Source of the DNA: Candidatus Lutacidiplasma silvani
GTDB taxonomy: Archaea > Thermoplasmatota > Thermoplasmata > Lutacidiplasmatales > UBA184
Assembly: GCA_022750295.1 (NCBI GenBank)
Contig: JAKIVZ010000002.1
Coordinates: 80,989-144,988, forward strand
Reading direction: 5' to 3'
DNA length: 64,000 nucleotides
Notes under the pieces: model-generated
Told to the model about the DNA's origin: nothing
Seen by the model: the letters and a program-made list of their open reading frames with translations, nothing else
The model's database searches: none
Made by a program: the position numbers and the translations under genes
Shown: piece by piece, positions 9,374 through 17,813 of the stretch
Position numbering within the stretch: the stretch's first letter is position 1
How the letters are laid out: each line of letters opens with the position of its first letter

Positions 9374-9949
9374 ATGCAGAGGCACACCATCTTCCGGCTC
9401 CTCGCGATCGCCGCGTTCGCCTCGACGTACGTGACGATCATCCTCGGAGGGAACGTCATCGCCACCGGGTCTGGCCTCGCCTGCCCGGACTGGCCGTCGT
9501 GCCACGGCAACTTCCTCCCCCCGCTCAGCGGCCAGACCGCGATCGAGTGGGGACACCGGGTGAGCGCGTTCGTGACCGGCGCTCTCGTCGCTTCGATGAC
9601 GCTCGTCGGCCTCGCCTCCGAGCGGCGCCGACCCGTCCTCCGGGGCCTCTCGGTCTGCGCGTCGCTCCTGGTCCTCGCCGAGGCGATGCTCGGAGGGCTG
9701 GTCGTCGACACCCGGCTCGTGGTCGGGGTCGTCCTGTTCCACTTCCTCCTCGCGACGGTCCTGTTCGGCCTCCTCCTCCTGATCGCCTTCTTGGCGAACG
9801 TCCGCGACATCCCGAAGAAGTGGGCGTCGTGGGCCGAACGGGCGATGGTCGAAGAGAAGCCGAGCGAGACGCTCGCCCGGCTCGATCGTCGGGCCATCCC
9901 GGGTCCCGGCCCGGCCCCGGGACCCTCTCGCGGCGCCGACGGCCGCTGA
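9374..9949 (+). CDS. ctaA: heme A synthase, short archaeal type
   Basis: CPDWPSCHG cysteine loop and conserved His residues in TM helices; about 190 aa, four helices. Confidence 0.7.
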   Translation: MQRHTIFRLLAIAAFASTYVTIILGGNVIATGSGLACPDWPSCHGNFLPPLSGQTAIEWGHRVSAFVTGALVASMTLVGLASERRRPVLRGLSVCASLLVLAEAMLGGLVVDTRLVVGVVLFHFLLATVLFGLLLLIAFLANVRDIPKKWASWAERAMVEEKPSETLARLDRRAIPGPGPAPGPSRGADGR

Positions 9950-9979
9950 CCGGCCCCTCGGTCGGGATCGGAGAGGAAG

Positions 9980-10903
9980 ATGAGCGAGTCACCGGCCCCC
10001 GCGACGCCGGCCCCGACCCCGTCCCGCTGGCGGGACGTGGTGACCCTCACGAAGCCGGGGATCACGGCTCTGATCGTCCTCGTCGCCGTCGCCGGGTACT
10101 TCCTCGCCCTTCCGTCCCCCGTGAACTTCGGCCGACTCGGCCTCCTCGCGCTCACGGGCGGTCTCGCCTCCGCGGGCTCGGCGATGCTGAACCACTACCT
10201 CGACCGGGACGTCGATGGCGGAATGAAGCGGACCCGGAGCCGCCCGCTCCCGGGGTCCCGGATCCAGCAGAGCGGGGGCGTCCTCGTCGCCGGCACGGCT
10301 CTCGTGGCGTTGGGGGTGGGGGGAGCGTTCCTCTGGCTCAACCCGCTGACGGCCGTTTCGATCGCGCTCGGCGCACTCACGTACGTCGTGGTCTACACGG
10401 TCGTCCTCAAACGGCGGACGAACTGGAACATCGTCATCGGCGGGTTCGCGGGCAGCGCTCCGGCGCTCGCGGGCGGGGCAGCCGCGGTCGGGAGCTGGAC
10501 CGTCCCTGTCCTCGCGTTCGCGCTCCTCGTCTTCCTCTGGACGCCTCCCCACTTCTGGAGCCTCGCGCTGCTCCTGCGGGAGGACTACCGGCGGGTCGGG
10601 CTTCCGATGTTGCCAAGGATGGACGACCCGGCGTACTCGGGCCGCATCGTCGTCGTCTCGGCCGCCCTCCTCGTCCCCGCCTCGATCCTTCTCGTCCTTG
10701 TGGCCCCGTTCGCCTGGCCGGCGGCCGTCCTCGTCCTCCTCGCCGTGGTCGCGTACTTCGCGCTCGCGCTCCCCCTCTGGCGGCGGGTCGACCGACCGGT
10801 GGCATTGCGGGCGTTCATCGGTTCGGGGCCGTACCTCCTCGCCATCATCGCGGTCCTGATCGTCAACTTCTGGCTCCACGCGATCGGCGTCGCCTCTCTT
10901 TGA
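9980..10903 (+). CDS. ctaB: protoheme IX farnesyltransferase (heme O synthase), UbiA family
   Basis: UbiA-family motifs NHYLDRDVD and DRDxD-like; multi-TM, about 300 aa. Confidence 0.85.
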   Translation: MSESPAPATPAPTPSRWRDVVTLTKPGITALIVLVAVAGYFLALPSPVNFGRLGLLALTGGLASAGSAMLNHYLDRDVDGGMKRTRSRPLPGSRIQQSGGVLVAGTALVALGVGGAFLWLNPLTAVSIALGALTYVVVYTVVLKRRTNWNIVIGGFAGSAPALAGGAAAVGSWTVPVLAFALLVFLWTPPHFWSLALLLREDYRRVGLPMLPRMDDPAYSGRIVVVSAALLVPASILLVLVAPFAWPAAVLVLLAVVAYFALALPLWRRVDRPVALRAFIGSGPYLLAIIAVLIVNFWLHAIGVASL

Positions 10904-10912
10904 GCCCTCCGC

Positions 10913-11677
10913 GTGGCGCCCGGGGAAGCGCGACGTTATGCTCGCCGCAGTGGTGATTGGGTCGTGACCGACCGAGCTCCGACCGGGACGGGGCGTGACG
11001 TCCGCGACCGACTGCGCGAAGCGGAATCGACGCTCCGGCGGCTCGGGTACGCCCGCATCGAACCGAGCGTCCGGGAGGGCTCCGCACCCCCCGCGTTCTG
11101 GGTCCAGGAGGCCGGTGTTCCCCGCCGCACGTTCCCCGTCTTCGTTCCCCCCACCGGCGAGGCCAGCGGGGCCGGCCCGTGGTCGGGGTCGAAGCCCCGG
11201 GGCGGGCGGGCCGCTCCTTCAAGCCGGGCGATCGTCGTCGTCGGCAGCGACCTCGCCGCCGAGGCAACGTGGAATCGGATCGCCTCCGAAGGGGGGGCGG
11301 AACTCGACTCCGAGGTTCGGATCCTGGTCCTCGGCGCCGCCGAACAGGACCGACCCCACTGGCACGCCATGGTCGTCGACCGACGGACCCTGCTCCGGCT
11401 CTCCACCGGGGTCGTCGTCGGGATGTTCCGGCGGGCGTTCGCCTCGGGGGGACAGACTCCCGTGGACTTCTCCGAGCTCCTCGAGATCCTCCGGGAGCGG
11501 TTCCATCTCGACGTTCCGGGCTCACTTGGGGTCTCCTCGGACGAGGACGCGCTCTTCCTCCTCTACCAGCTCGCGCAGCGGGATTCGTACGCGCCCGGAG
11601 ACTCGGCATCGAACCTCCACTCCCTCGTGCTGAAGCCGACCGGGCCGGCGGCCCGCCTTCCCTGGTTCGCGGGCTAG
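10913..11677 (+). CDS. hypothetical protein (254 aa), no recognised domain
   Basis: Intact ORF with a plausible C-terminal globular region (LLRLSTGVVVGMFRRAF...LLEILRERFHLDVPG). Function unknown. Confidence 0.35.
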   Translation: MAPGEARRYARRSGDWVVTDRAPTGTGRDVRDRLREAESTLRRLGYARIEPSVREGSAPPAFWVQEAGVPRRTFPVFVPPTGEASGAGPWSGSKPRGGRAAPSSRAIVVVGSDLAAEATWNRIASEGGAELDSEVRILVLGAAEQDRPHWHAMVVDRRTLLRLSTGVVVGMFRRAFASGGQTPVDFSELLEILRERFHLDVPGSLGVSSDEDALFLLYQLAQRDSYAPGDSASNLHSLVLKPTGPAARLPWFAG

Positions 11678-11727
11678 CGCCGCACGAACCGAGCCGTTAA
11701 GAATCGGGGCGCGAACTCCTCCCCGAG

Positions 11728-11913
11728 GTGCCGATGCCGCCGTCCGAGGTCGTGAATCCCTATGCCACCACGCCGGGAAGCTCCACGCCGGGCCGCGGGG
11801 TCTCCGCCGAGGAGGGGGTCGCCGACCTCTGGTCGTTCTTCTGGCTCTCGATCATCGGGACCGTCGTCATCGTCGGCGTCGGGATGGCGGCGTTCCTCGT
11901 CGTGCACCCCTGA
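11728..11913 (+). CDS. possible small single-TM protein (61 aa)
   Basis: C-terminal hydrophobic helix LWSFFWLSIIGTVVIVGVGMAAFLVV; weak support. Confidence 0.2.
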   Translation: MPMPPSEVVNPYATTPGSSTPGRGVSAEEGVADLWSFFWLSIIGTVVIVGVGMAAFLVVHP

Positions 11914-11974
11914 CGAAGTTCTGCTCGGAACCATTATCTCCCGGCCGAGGGTCGGCGCCGCCGTCGCCCGGAAT

Positions 11975-12049
11975 GGGGCCGTGGGGTAGCTTGGTCCATC
12001 CTTCTTGCTTGGGGTGCAAGAGACTCCGATTCAAATTCGGACGGCCCCA
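11975..12049 (+). tRNA. tRNA-Pro (anticodon GGG)
   Basis: 7-bp acceptor stem GGGGCCG/CGGCCCC. Anticodon stem CTTGC/GCAAG with loop TTGGGGT (anticodon GGG at 12011-12013). T-stem TCCGA/TCGGA with loop TTCAAAT. 75 nt, no encoded CCA. The D-arm spacing is slightly non-canonical by hand folding. Confidence 0.6.
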
Positions 12050-12107
12050 TCCGGGCACCCGGGCGGTCGGGTTCGTGCGATGCTAGACCGCGTCGGATGA
12101 GGTCGCG

Positions 12108-12716
12108 ATGGGACGACGATTCGTGGCCGAGCGCCGCCGGGACCCGTACTACCGGGCGGCGCAGGACGAAGGGCTCCGTTCGCGGGCGGCGTTCAAGCTC
12201 GAGCACCTCGCCGAGCGGTTCCCGATCTTCCACGCTGGGGACCGGGTCTTGGACCTCGGCGCCGCTCCCGGCGGGTGGTCGATCGTGGCGGTCGAGCGGG
12301 TCGGCCGGCGGGGCGAGGTCGTCGCGGTCGACCCGCGGGCGGTCGACCCGATCGAGGGCGTGACGGTCGTCCACGGGATGGTGGGGTCGCCCGGGTTCGC
12401 CGACCGTCTGGGCCCCGAGCCGTTCGACGTCGTCCTCTCCGACATGTCGCCGCGGATCAGCGGCGCCTACGCGACCGACCACGCACGGTCGGTCGCGCTC
12501 GTGCGCTCCGCGTTCGAGCTCGCCGGGCGCGTGCTCGCGGAACGGGGCGTCTTCGTTGCGAAGGTGTTCGCGGGCGAGATGCTCGACGAGCTCGACCACG
12601 ACGTCGGACCGTCGTTCCGACGCTGGTCCCGGACGAAGCCGCCCGCGTCGCGAGAACGGTCGAGCGAGCTCTACCTCATCGGCATCGGATTCCATCGCGT
12701 CCCGGACCCGGCGTGA
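12108..12716 (+). CDS. rlmE: 23S rRNA (uridine-2'-O)-methyltransferase RlmE/FtsJ
   Basis: YRSRAAFKL, SAM-binding DLGAAPGGWS and the catalytic K..D..K pattern of the FtsJ family. Confidence 0.85.
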   Translation: MGRRFVAERRRDPYYRAAQDEGLRSRAAFKLEHLAERFPIFHAGDRVLDLGAAPGGWSIVAVERVGRRGEVVAVDPRAVDPIEGVTVVHGMVGSPGFADRLGPEPFDVVLSDMSPRISGAYATDHARSVALVRSAFELAGRVLAERGVFVAKVFAGEMLDELDHDVGPSFRRWSRTKPPASRERSSELYLIGIGFHRVPDPA

Positions 12717-13345
12717 TGGAGCCGTGGGTCGAGGCCGCCGACCGGATGGTCACCGGGCTCGGCGACGTCGCCGGTCCGGTCGCCGCGGCGATGCGGGCCG
12801 TGCCGCGCCACTATTTCGTGCCGAGCGTGTCGCTCCGCCGAGCGTACGACGACGAGCCCGTACCGCTGGGCCCGGACTACGCCACGGTCTCCGCCCCTCA
12901 CATGGTCGCCATGCAGCTCGAGGCCGCGGACCTCGAGCGGGGCGACACCCTACTCGAGATCGGCAGTGGGAGCGGCTACCTCCTCGCGGTCGCCTCGCAC
13001 CTCGTGGGCGCCCCCGGCCACCTCGTGGGTGTCGAAGTCGACGCGACGCTCGCGGCCCGAAGCCGGGCGACCCTCGCGCGGCTCGGGGTCGATGCGACGA
13101 TCCGGATCCGCGACGGGCGCGAATCGGTCCCGGAAGGTCCCGTGTTCGACGGTGTGGTCGTGTCGTGCGCGACTCCGCATCTCTACCCGTCGTGGATCGC
13201 CGCGCTCGCCGATGGGGGCCGGCTGGTCGCGCCGGTCGGAACCCCGACCGAGCAGGCGCTCACCCTCTACCGCAGGACGGGCGACCGGGGGAGCACGAGC
13301 GTCGGACCGGCGTGCCGGTTCGTTCCGCTCCGACCCCATATATAG
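12716..13345 (+). CDS. pcm: protein-L-isoaspartate O-methyltransferase
   Basis: VPRHYFVP and LEIGSGSGY motifs. ATG at 12716 overlaps the rlmE stop (TGATG). Confidence 0.8.
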   Translation: MEPWVEAADRMVTGLGDVAGPVAAAMRAVPRHYFVPSVSLRRAYDDEPVPLGPDYATVSAPHMVAMQLEAADLERGDTLLEIGSGSGYLLAVASHLVGAPGHLVGVEVDATLAARSRATLARLGVDATIRIRDGRESVPEGPVFDGVVVSCATPHLYPSWIAALADGGRLVAPVGTPTEQALTLYRRTGDRGSTSVGPACRFVPLRPHI

Positions 13346-13390
13346 GGCCGTCGAATACGGCCGTCCCGCCTATTTTGAGGGTCGGTCGTT

Positions 13391-14563
13391 GTGATTCGGT
13401 TCGGCCCTGCGGGTATCCCCCTTTCCTGTAAGGGTCGCACCCTGCGGGATGGAATCTCCGACGTCCACCATCTCGGCTTGACCGCGATGGAAGTGCAGTT
13501 CATCAAGGTCAATCCGCTGACGCGGATCGCCCTCGACGAGGAGATTGGCAAGAACGCGCGCGAGCTCGCGTTGCAGCTCGTGGTCGGCGTCGGGCCCGGC
13601 CCGGTCGCCGCGGTCCCGACCGCCGAGCGGATGCTCGCGTCGATCGGGAAAAAGGACTCGCTGACCACGCTCACGTGGAGCCTCGCGAAGGACTATGCCG
13701 ACCTCGCCCAGACACGGGCGCTCGCCCGCGCGCTCGACGTCGACCTCACGCTCCACGCCCCGTACTACGTCGACTTCTTCGGAAGCCAGGAGGCCCGCGA
13801 ACGCTCGATGCGCCAGATCCAGTGGGCGGCGGTTCTCGCCGAGGGGCTCGGGGCCCGAATGGCGGTCACCCACCTCGGCTTCTACGGTCCGGGCGGCCGC
13901 TCGGACAGCGTCCAGGAGCTGACGCGGATCGCACGCGAGCTCTCCGACTGGCTGAAGACGTACTCGAAGGGGACGGTCCGGCTGGGAATCGAGCCGAGCG
14001 GCCACCCCGACGTGTTCGGTTCGCGCGAGGAGATCCTCGAGGTCGCCCACCAGGTGAAGGGCGTGGTCCCGATCATGAACCTCCCCCACCTCGCGGCGCG
14101 GGAGCGCCATACGTTTGACACCCCCGACGACCTTCGGCCGCTCGTCGACGAGTTCGTCGCCGCGAGCGGCGGCGAGCTCTACATGAATTTCGCCGGCGTG
14201 GAATTCTACGGCCCCGGGGAGTTCCGTCTCACCCCGATCAAGCGGGGTCAGGCGCGCTTCGACCCGGTCGCCGAACTGTTCGCCGACCGGGAGTACGACG
14301 TGACGGTGATCTCGAGCTCGCCGCTCCTCGAGCACGACGCGATGTACATGAAGCTCCTCTACGAGCGGGCGCTCGCGAAGCGGTACGCGAAGAAGCACGC
14401 GCCGGTTCCCCCGGTACCGAAGAAGCCCCTCATCGCACCGTCGAAACCGGCCGGAAAGGCCCCGCTCCGACCGCCGCCCGCGGGCGGTCGGCGCCCGCTC
14501 CTCGCCGCGAAGGCGTCCGTCGCCCCGAAGAGGTCCGACCGTGACCGAAAGCGACACCGCTGA
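13391..14563 (+). CDS. TIM-barrel protein of the xylose-isomerase-like/AP endonuclease family 2 fold (sugar-phosphate isomerase/epimerase or endonuclease IV-like), with a Lys/Pro/Ala-rich C-terminal tail
   Basis: LTLHAPYYVDFF resembles the HAPY(L/V) metal-binding strand of this fold; also THLGFYGP. The roughly 70-aa K/P/A-rich tail is unusual. Confidence 0.45.
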   Translation: MIRFGPAGIPLSCKGRTLRDGISDVHHLGLTAMEVQFIKVNPLTRIALDEEIGKNARELALQLVVGVGPGPVAAVPTAERMLASIGKKDSLTTLTWSLAKDYADLAQTRALARALDVDLTLHAPYYVDFFGSQEARERSMRQIQWAAVLAEGLGARMAVTHLGFYGPGGRSDSVQELTRIARELSDWLKTYSKGTVRLGIEPSGHPDVFGSREEILEVAHQVKGVVPIMNLPHLAARERHTFDTPDDLRPLVDEFVAASGGELYMNFAGVEFYGPGEFRLTPIKRGQARFDPVAELFADREYDVTVISSSPLLEHDAMYMKLLYERALAKRYAKKHAPVPPVPKKPLIAPSKPAGKAPLRPPPAGGRRPLLAAKASVAPKRSDRDRKRHR

Positions 14564-15113
14564 ATCGCCGGTGTTCTCGCGCGCCCAGGCGTACATCGGA
14601 CGCCGCGTCAGCGAGGCGATCGACCGGATCGACCCGGCGACGATCGACCGGGCGGTCGCGATCCTCGCGAAGGCGCCGGCGACGTTCGTTTATGGCGCCG
14701 GCCGCTCCGGGATCATCGGCCGCGCGTTCGCGATGCGGCTCGTCCAGACCGGCCTCACCGCCTACGTGATCGGCGAGAGCGTGACGCCGATCGTCCGACG
14801 GGGGGACGCCGTCTTCATCGTCTCCGGCGCGGGCGAGAGCCAGTCGTCGGTCCAGACGGCGAATATCGTGCGGCGCGAGGGGGCGGACCTCGTGGTGCTC
14901 ACCGCGCGGTCGACCTCGAAGCTCGCGCATGCGGCGACCCTTCTCCTTCCGATCGAGTTCGCCGACGATCCCGAACGGCACACGCTCGCGCCGCTCGGGA
15001 CCCTCTTCGAGTCCGCGAGCCTCCGCCTCACCGATGCGCTCGTCGCCGAGTTGATGCGGGTGCGCCGCGAGACCGAGGAGTCGATGCGCCGCCGCCACGC
15101 GATCATGGTGTGA
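14541..15113 (+). CDS. SIS-domain protein, 6-phospho-3-hexuloisomerase (PHI)-like
   Basis: About 190 aa single SIS domain (FVYGAGRSGIIGRAFAMRL...VFIVSGAGES). Confidence 0.55.
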   Translation: MTESDTAESPVFSRAQAYIGRRVSEAIDRIDPATIDRAVAILAKAPATFVYGAGRSGIIGRAFAMRLVQTGLTAYVIGESVTPIVRRGDAVFIVSGAGESQSSVQTANIVRREGADLVVLTARSTSKLAHAATLLLPIEFADDPERHTLAPLGTLFESASLRLTDALVAELMRVRRETEESMRRRHAIMV

Positions 15114-15670
15114 GCGGGGCCCCCCGCCCGTCGAGAAAGGTTAAGGCGCGCGACATCTCCCCGCCCCTCGTGCCACGTCGCGCCGAGGCCCGCGAGGGAA
15201 CGCTGGTCCCGATTCCGACCCGCTTCTTCGCCACGAGCGGGAAAGGGATCAACAAGACGAGCGAGCTGAACGCGTTTGACCTCGCCCTCCTCCAGGCGGG
15301 GATTGGCGAACAGAACCTCGTCAGCGTCTCCTCGGTCCTCCCGATCGGGATCCGCCAGGTCGACCGGGTGGCGATCGCCCGCGGGGCGATCACGCATTGC
15401 GTCCTCGCCCGGATGGGCGGAGGCGAGGGCGAGGTCATCAGCTCGGGGATCGCGTACGGGTTCCGGACCGACGGCCAGGGCGGCTACGTCGCCGAGGGCC
15501 ATGTCCACGGCACGCAGAAATCGCTCAAGGAGTTCCTTCGGTGGCGGATGGAGGAGATCGCCCACTTCCGAGGGGTCGAGCTCCGCCGGATCCACTACCG
15601 GACCGAAGAGCTCGTGATCCCGATGGACCACTACGGCGTGTGCATCGCCGCGTGCGTCTTCCTGCCGTAA
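15110..15670 (+). CDS. pdaD: pyruvoyl-dependent arginine decarboxylase
   Basis: Strong match to the PdaD signature around the self-cleavage serines: ELNAFDLALLQAGIGEQNLVSVSSVLP. Confidence 0.8.
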   Translation: MSGAPRPSRKVKARDISPPLVPRRAEAREGTLVPIPTRFFATSGKGINKTSELNAFDLALLQAGIGEQNLVSVSSVLPIGIRQVDRVAIARGAITHCVLARMGGGEGEVISSGIAYGFRTDGQGGYVAEGHVHGTQKSLKEFLRWRMEEIAHFRGVELRRIHYRTEELVIPMDHYGVCIAACVFLP

Positions 15671-15685
15671 CGGCCGGGCGCGCTC

Positions 15686-16018
15686 CTACAGGAGCTTGCG
15701 GAACAGGAGCTTGTCCTCAAGACTGCCGTCGATGGCCAGCCGTCGGGTGACGAGCGCCTTCATCGGGCCGATGTCCTTCGCGATCAATCCGAGCAGCGTC
15801 GCCCGGTCGGTCGTGATCGTGAGGTCCGCCTTCCCGGTCCCGTCGCTGCGGAGGTTCTCCAGATGGCCCTCCCGGAGGTCGACCGCGTACGTCCCCTCGT
15901 CGGTGACGCGAATCCGGATGGTGCGGGCGAGGCCCCCGAGTTCGGCGCGGATCGCGGGGTTCTTCTCCGCGTGCCGGTTGAACCGGTCCACGACGCCGGC
16001 GAGGTTCTCCTCGATCAT
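15686..16018 (-). CDS. SCP2 (sterol carrier protein 2)-like lipid-binding domain protein
   Basis: 110 aa; the overall pattern and C-terminal LAIDGSLEDKLLFRKLL are typical of SCP2 domains. Confidence 0.6.
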   Translation of the reverse strand: MIEENLAGVVDRFNRHAEKNPAIRAELGGLARTIRIRVTDEGTYAVDLREGHLENLRSDGTGKADLTITTDRATLLGLIAKDIGPMKALVTRRLAIDGSLEDKLLFRKLL

Positions 16019-16713
16019 CGCCCGAACGCCTCGAGGGCGCGAGCCGGTCGGCGGGGATTAATCCTTTCCATCGTGGCCCACGACGTACGGAGCCACGCCG
16101 GCGGGGACGTTCCGTCGGCGAGGACTGCCCGCACGAACTCCACCGTTTCGCGGTCCGAGGGGTACCCGCTCCCGAGCCCCTCGCCAACCTGGCTCCGCAG
16201 TTCCTCGAGGGCTCGGTCGCGGTGGACCTTCGCGACGATCGACGCCGCTCCGACCACGAGGAGGTCCCGGTCCGCCTTGTGCCGGGCATGGACCTCGGCC
16301 GAGGTCCCCGACGCGGTCCGAAGCCGTCGACCGAACCGCTCGGCGACCGGGTCGCAGGCGTCCGCGTAGGCGATGTCGGGCCGGGTCTGGCGGACGAGCC
16401 GGGCGAATGCGGTGAGTTCGAGTTCGTTCAACCGTCCCCGCGCGACGGCCCGGTCGATCGCGCCCGGGCCGAGCCGGATCGCGAGCGGTGTGCCGATCGT
16501 CGGGAGCGCCTCGAAGATTGCCTCGCGGCGGGAGGGCGTGAGCCGCTTCGAGTCGCGGACCCCGAGCTCGCCGAGCTCCGGGATCCGTGCCGCCTCGAGG
16601 AGGAACCCACCGACGACGAGCGGTCCGACGAGACTCCCCCGACCGGCCTCGTCGATCCCGAGGACCTGCCCGTACGGCGCCGGAGCCGGGCCGGGCCCCC
16701 GGGGGACGACCAT
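16015..16713 (-). CDS. rnhB: ribonuclease HII
   Basis: GIDEAGRGSLVGPLVV and DSK motifs. Start assigned to the internal ATG (MVVPRG); the remaining 5' part of the 589-aa ORF is low-complexity and was rejected. Confidence 0.85.
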   Translation of the reverse strand: MVVPRGPGPAPAPYGQVLGIDEAGRGSLVGPLVVGGFLLEAARIPELGELGVRDSKRLTPSRREAIFEALPTIGTPLAIRLGPGAIDRAVARGRLNELELTAFARLVRQTRPDIAYADACDPVAERFGRRLRTASGTSAEVHARHKADRDLLVVGAASIVAKVHRDRALEELRSQVGEGLGSGYPSDRETVEFVRAVLADGTSPPAWLRTSWATMERINPRRPARALEAFGR

Positions 16714-16767
16714 CGGAAGGCCCCGATGGCGCGAACCCCATAAGGCGAGACCTCCTCCACCGTCGAC

Positions 16768-17658
16768 ATGCTCCACGGCCTCGCGGTTCCCGTCCCCACC
16801 GTGTTCGACCCGGACGGGGCGATCGATCCGGGGGCGAGCGGGGCGTTCGTCCGCACGATCGCGAGCGCGGGGGCCGACCACATCCTGCTCCTCGGGGCCC
16901 TCGGGGAATCCGCGCTCGTCGAGGACGCCGAGCGACGAATCCTCCTCGAGTCGACCCTCGAAAGCCTCCCGGCGAAGTCCGACGCCTGGGTCGGCGTCGG
17001 GGCTCCGGGGACGCGCCGGTCGGTCCGGTTGGCGTTGGCCGCGGAGGAGGCCGGTGCGGCCGCCCTCATCGCGGCCCCGCCGTACGGACTCCGCCTCACG
17101 ACCGACGCCCTCGCGCACTACTACCAGGCGATCCGGGAGGCGACGAAGATCCCGATCGTCGTCGAGAACGCCCCGGCGCTCGCCGGCTCCACCCTGACCC
17201 CGGAGCTCGTGCACCGATTGGCGCGGGAGCGGGTCATTGACGGGATCACCGACGGTTCGGGGTTCCTCGAGAGCGTGGCCGGCTTCCTTCGGGGCGCTCC
17301 AGAAGGGTTCGCCGTATTTTCCGGCGAGGATGCCCTGGCGCTCGCGGCCGTGGAGAAGGGGGCGGCGGGCGCGGCGCTCCCGTCCGCGAACGTCGTTCCC
17401 AAGCTGGGGGTCGCGCTCGTCCGCGCCGCCCGAGCGCACGAGACGGCCCGCGCGAACGAGCTGCAGGTGCTCGTCACCCGGGTCGGCGAGGCGATCCGGT
17501 CCGGGCCGTTCCCGGCGACCGTGAAGTTCTTGGCCGGCCAAGCGTGGGGCGCCCGCGTAGGATACCGCTCGCCCGGAGAGCCGCTCACGCCCGAGGAGGA
17601 GAGAACGGTGCTCGGAACGTTCGAGCCGCTCCGGCCCGTTCTGCGCCCGTTCCTCTGA
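16768..17658 (+). CDS. DapA/N-acetylneuraminate-lyase-family protein; the Schiff-base Lys appears substituted
   Basis: GALGES (GTTGE-like) and PPY motifs and the TIM-barrel family pattern. The segment aligning to the G-I-K-E-A-S-G lysine strand reads GITDGSG. Confidence 0.6.
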   Translation: MLHGLAVPVPTVFDPDGAIDPGASGAFVRTIASAGADHILLLGALGESALVEDAERRILLESTLESLPAKSDAWVGVGAPGTRRSVRLALAAEEAGAAALIAAPPYGLRLTTDALAHYYQAIREATKIPIVVENAPALAGSTLTPELVHRLARERVIDGITDGSGFLESVAGFLRGAPEGFAVFSGEDALALAAVEKGAAGAALPSANVVPKLGVALVRAARAHETARANELQVLVTRVGEAIRSGPFPATVKFLAGQAWGARVGYRSPGEPLTPEEERTVLGTFEPLRPVLRPFL

Positions 17659-17771
17659 TCCGACTCGGGGTTCGCGAGGGGCTCCGGGGCCCCGGGCGGT
17701 CGCGTCCGGGCCGCCGAGGAATCCGATCGCTCCGTTCCGAGCGCGGGGGCGGAGCCTCCTCTCACGAAACG

Positions 17772-17778
17772 TCAAATA
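17772..17778 (+). promoter_or_regulatory. weak TATA-like element (TCAAATA) about 36 nt upstream of the rps8e ATG
   Basis: The only AT-rich stretch in a GC-rich intergenic region. Spacing is similar to the TATA boxes upstream of rps12 and acd. Confidence 0.25.
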
Positions 17779-17813
17779 CGGCACCCCGCTCGCTCGACCT
17801 CCCTCGAGGGCCC

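Noticed and set aside
7738-10956. 1072-aa plus-strand ORF spanning coxA, ctaA and ctaB
   Set aside because: It is an alternate frame of real genes. The product is Arg/Pro/Gly-rich low-complexity sequence, typical of a stop-codon-poor high-GC frame.
16714-17784. N-terminal 357-aa extension of the rnhB ORF
   Set aside because: The RNase HII homology begins at the internal ATG (16713). The upstream part is Arg/Gly-rich and overlaps the plus-strand DapA-like gene.
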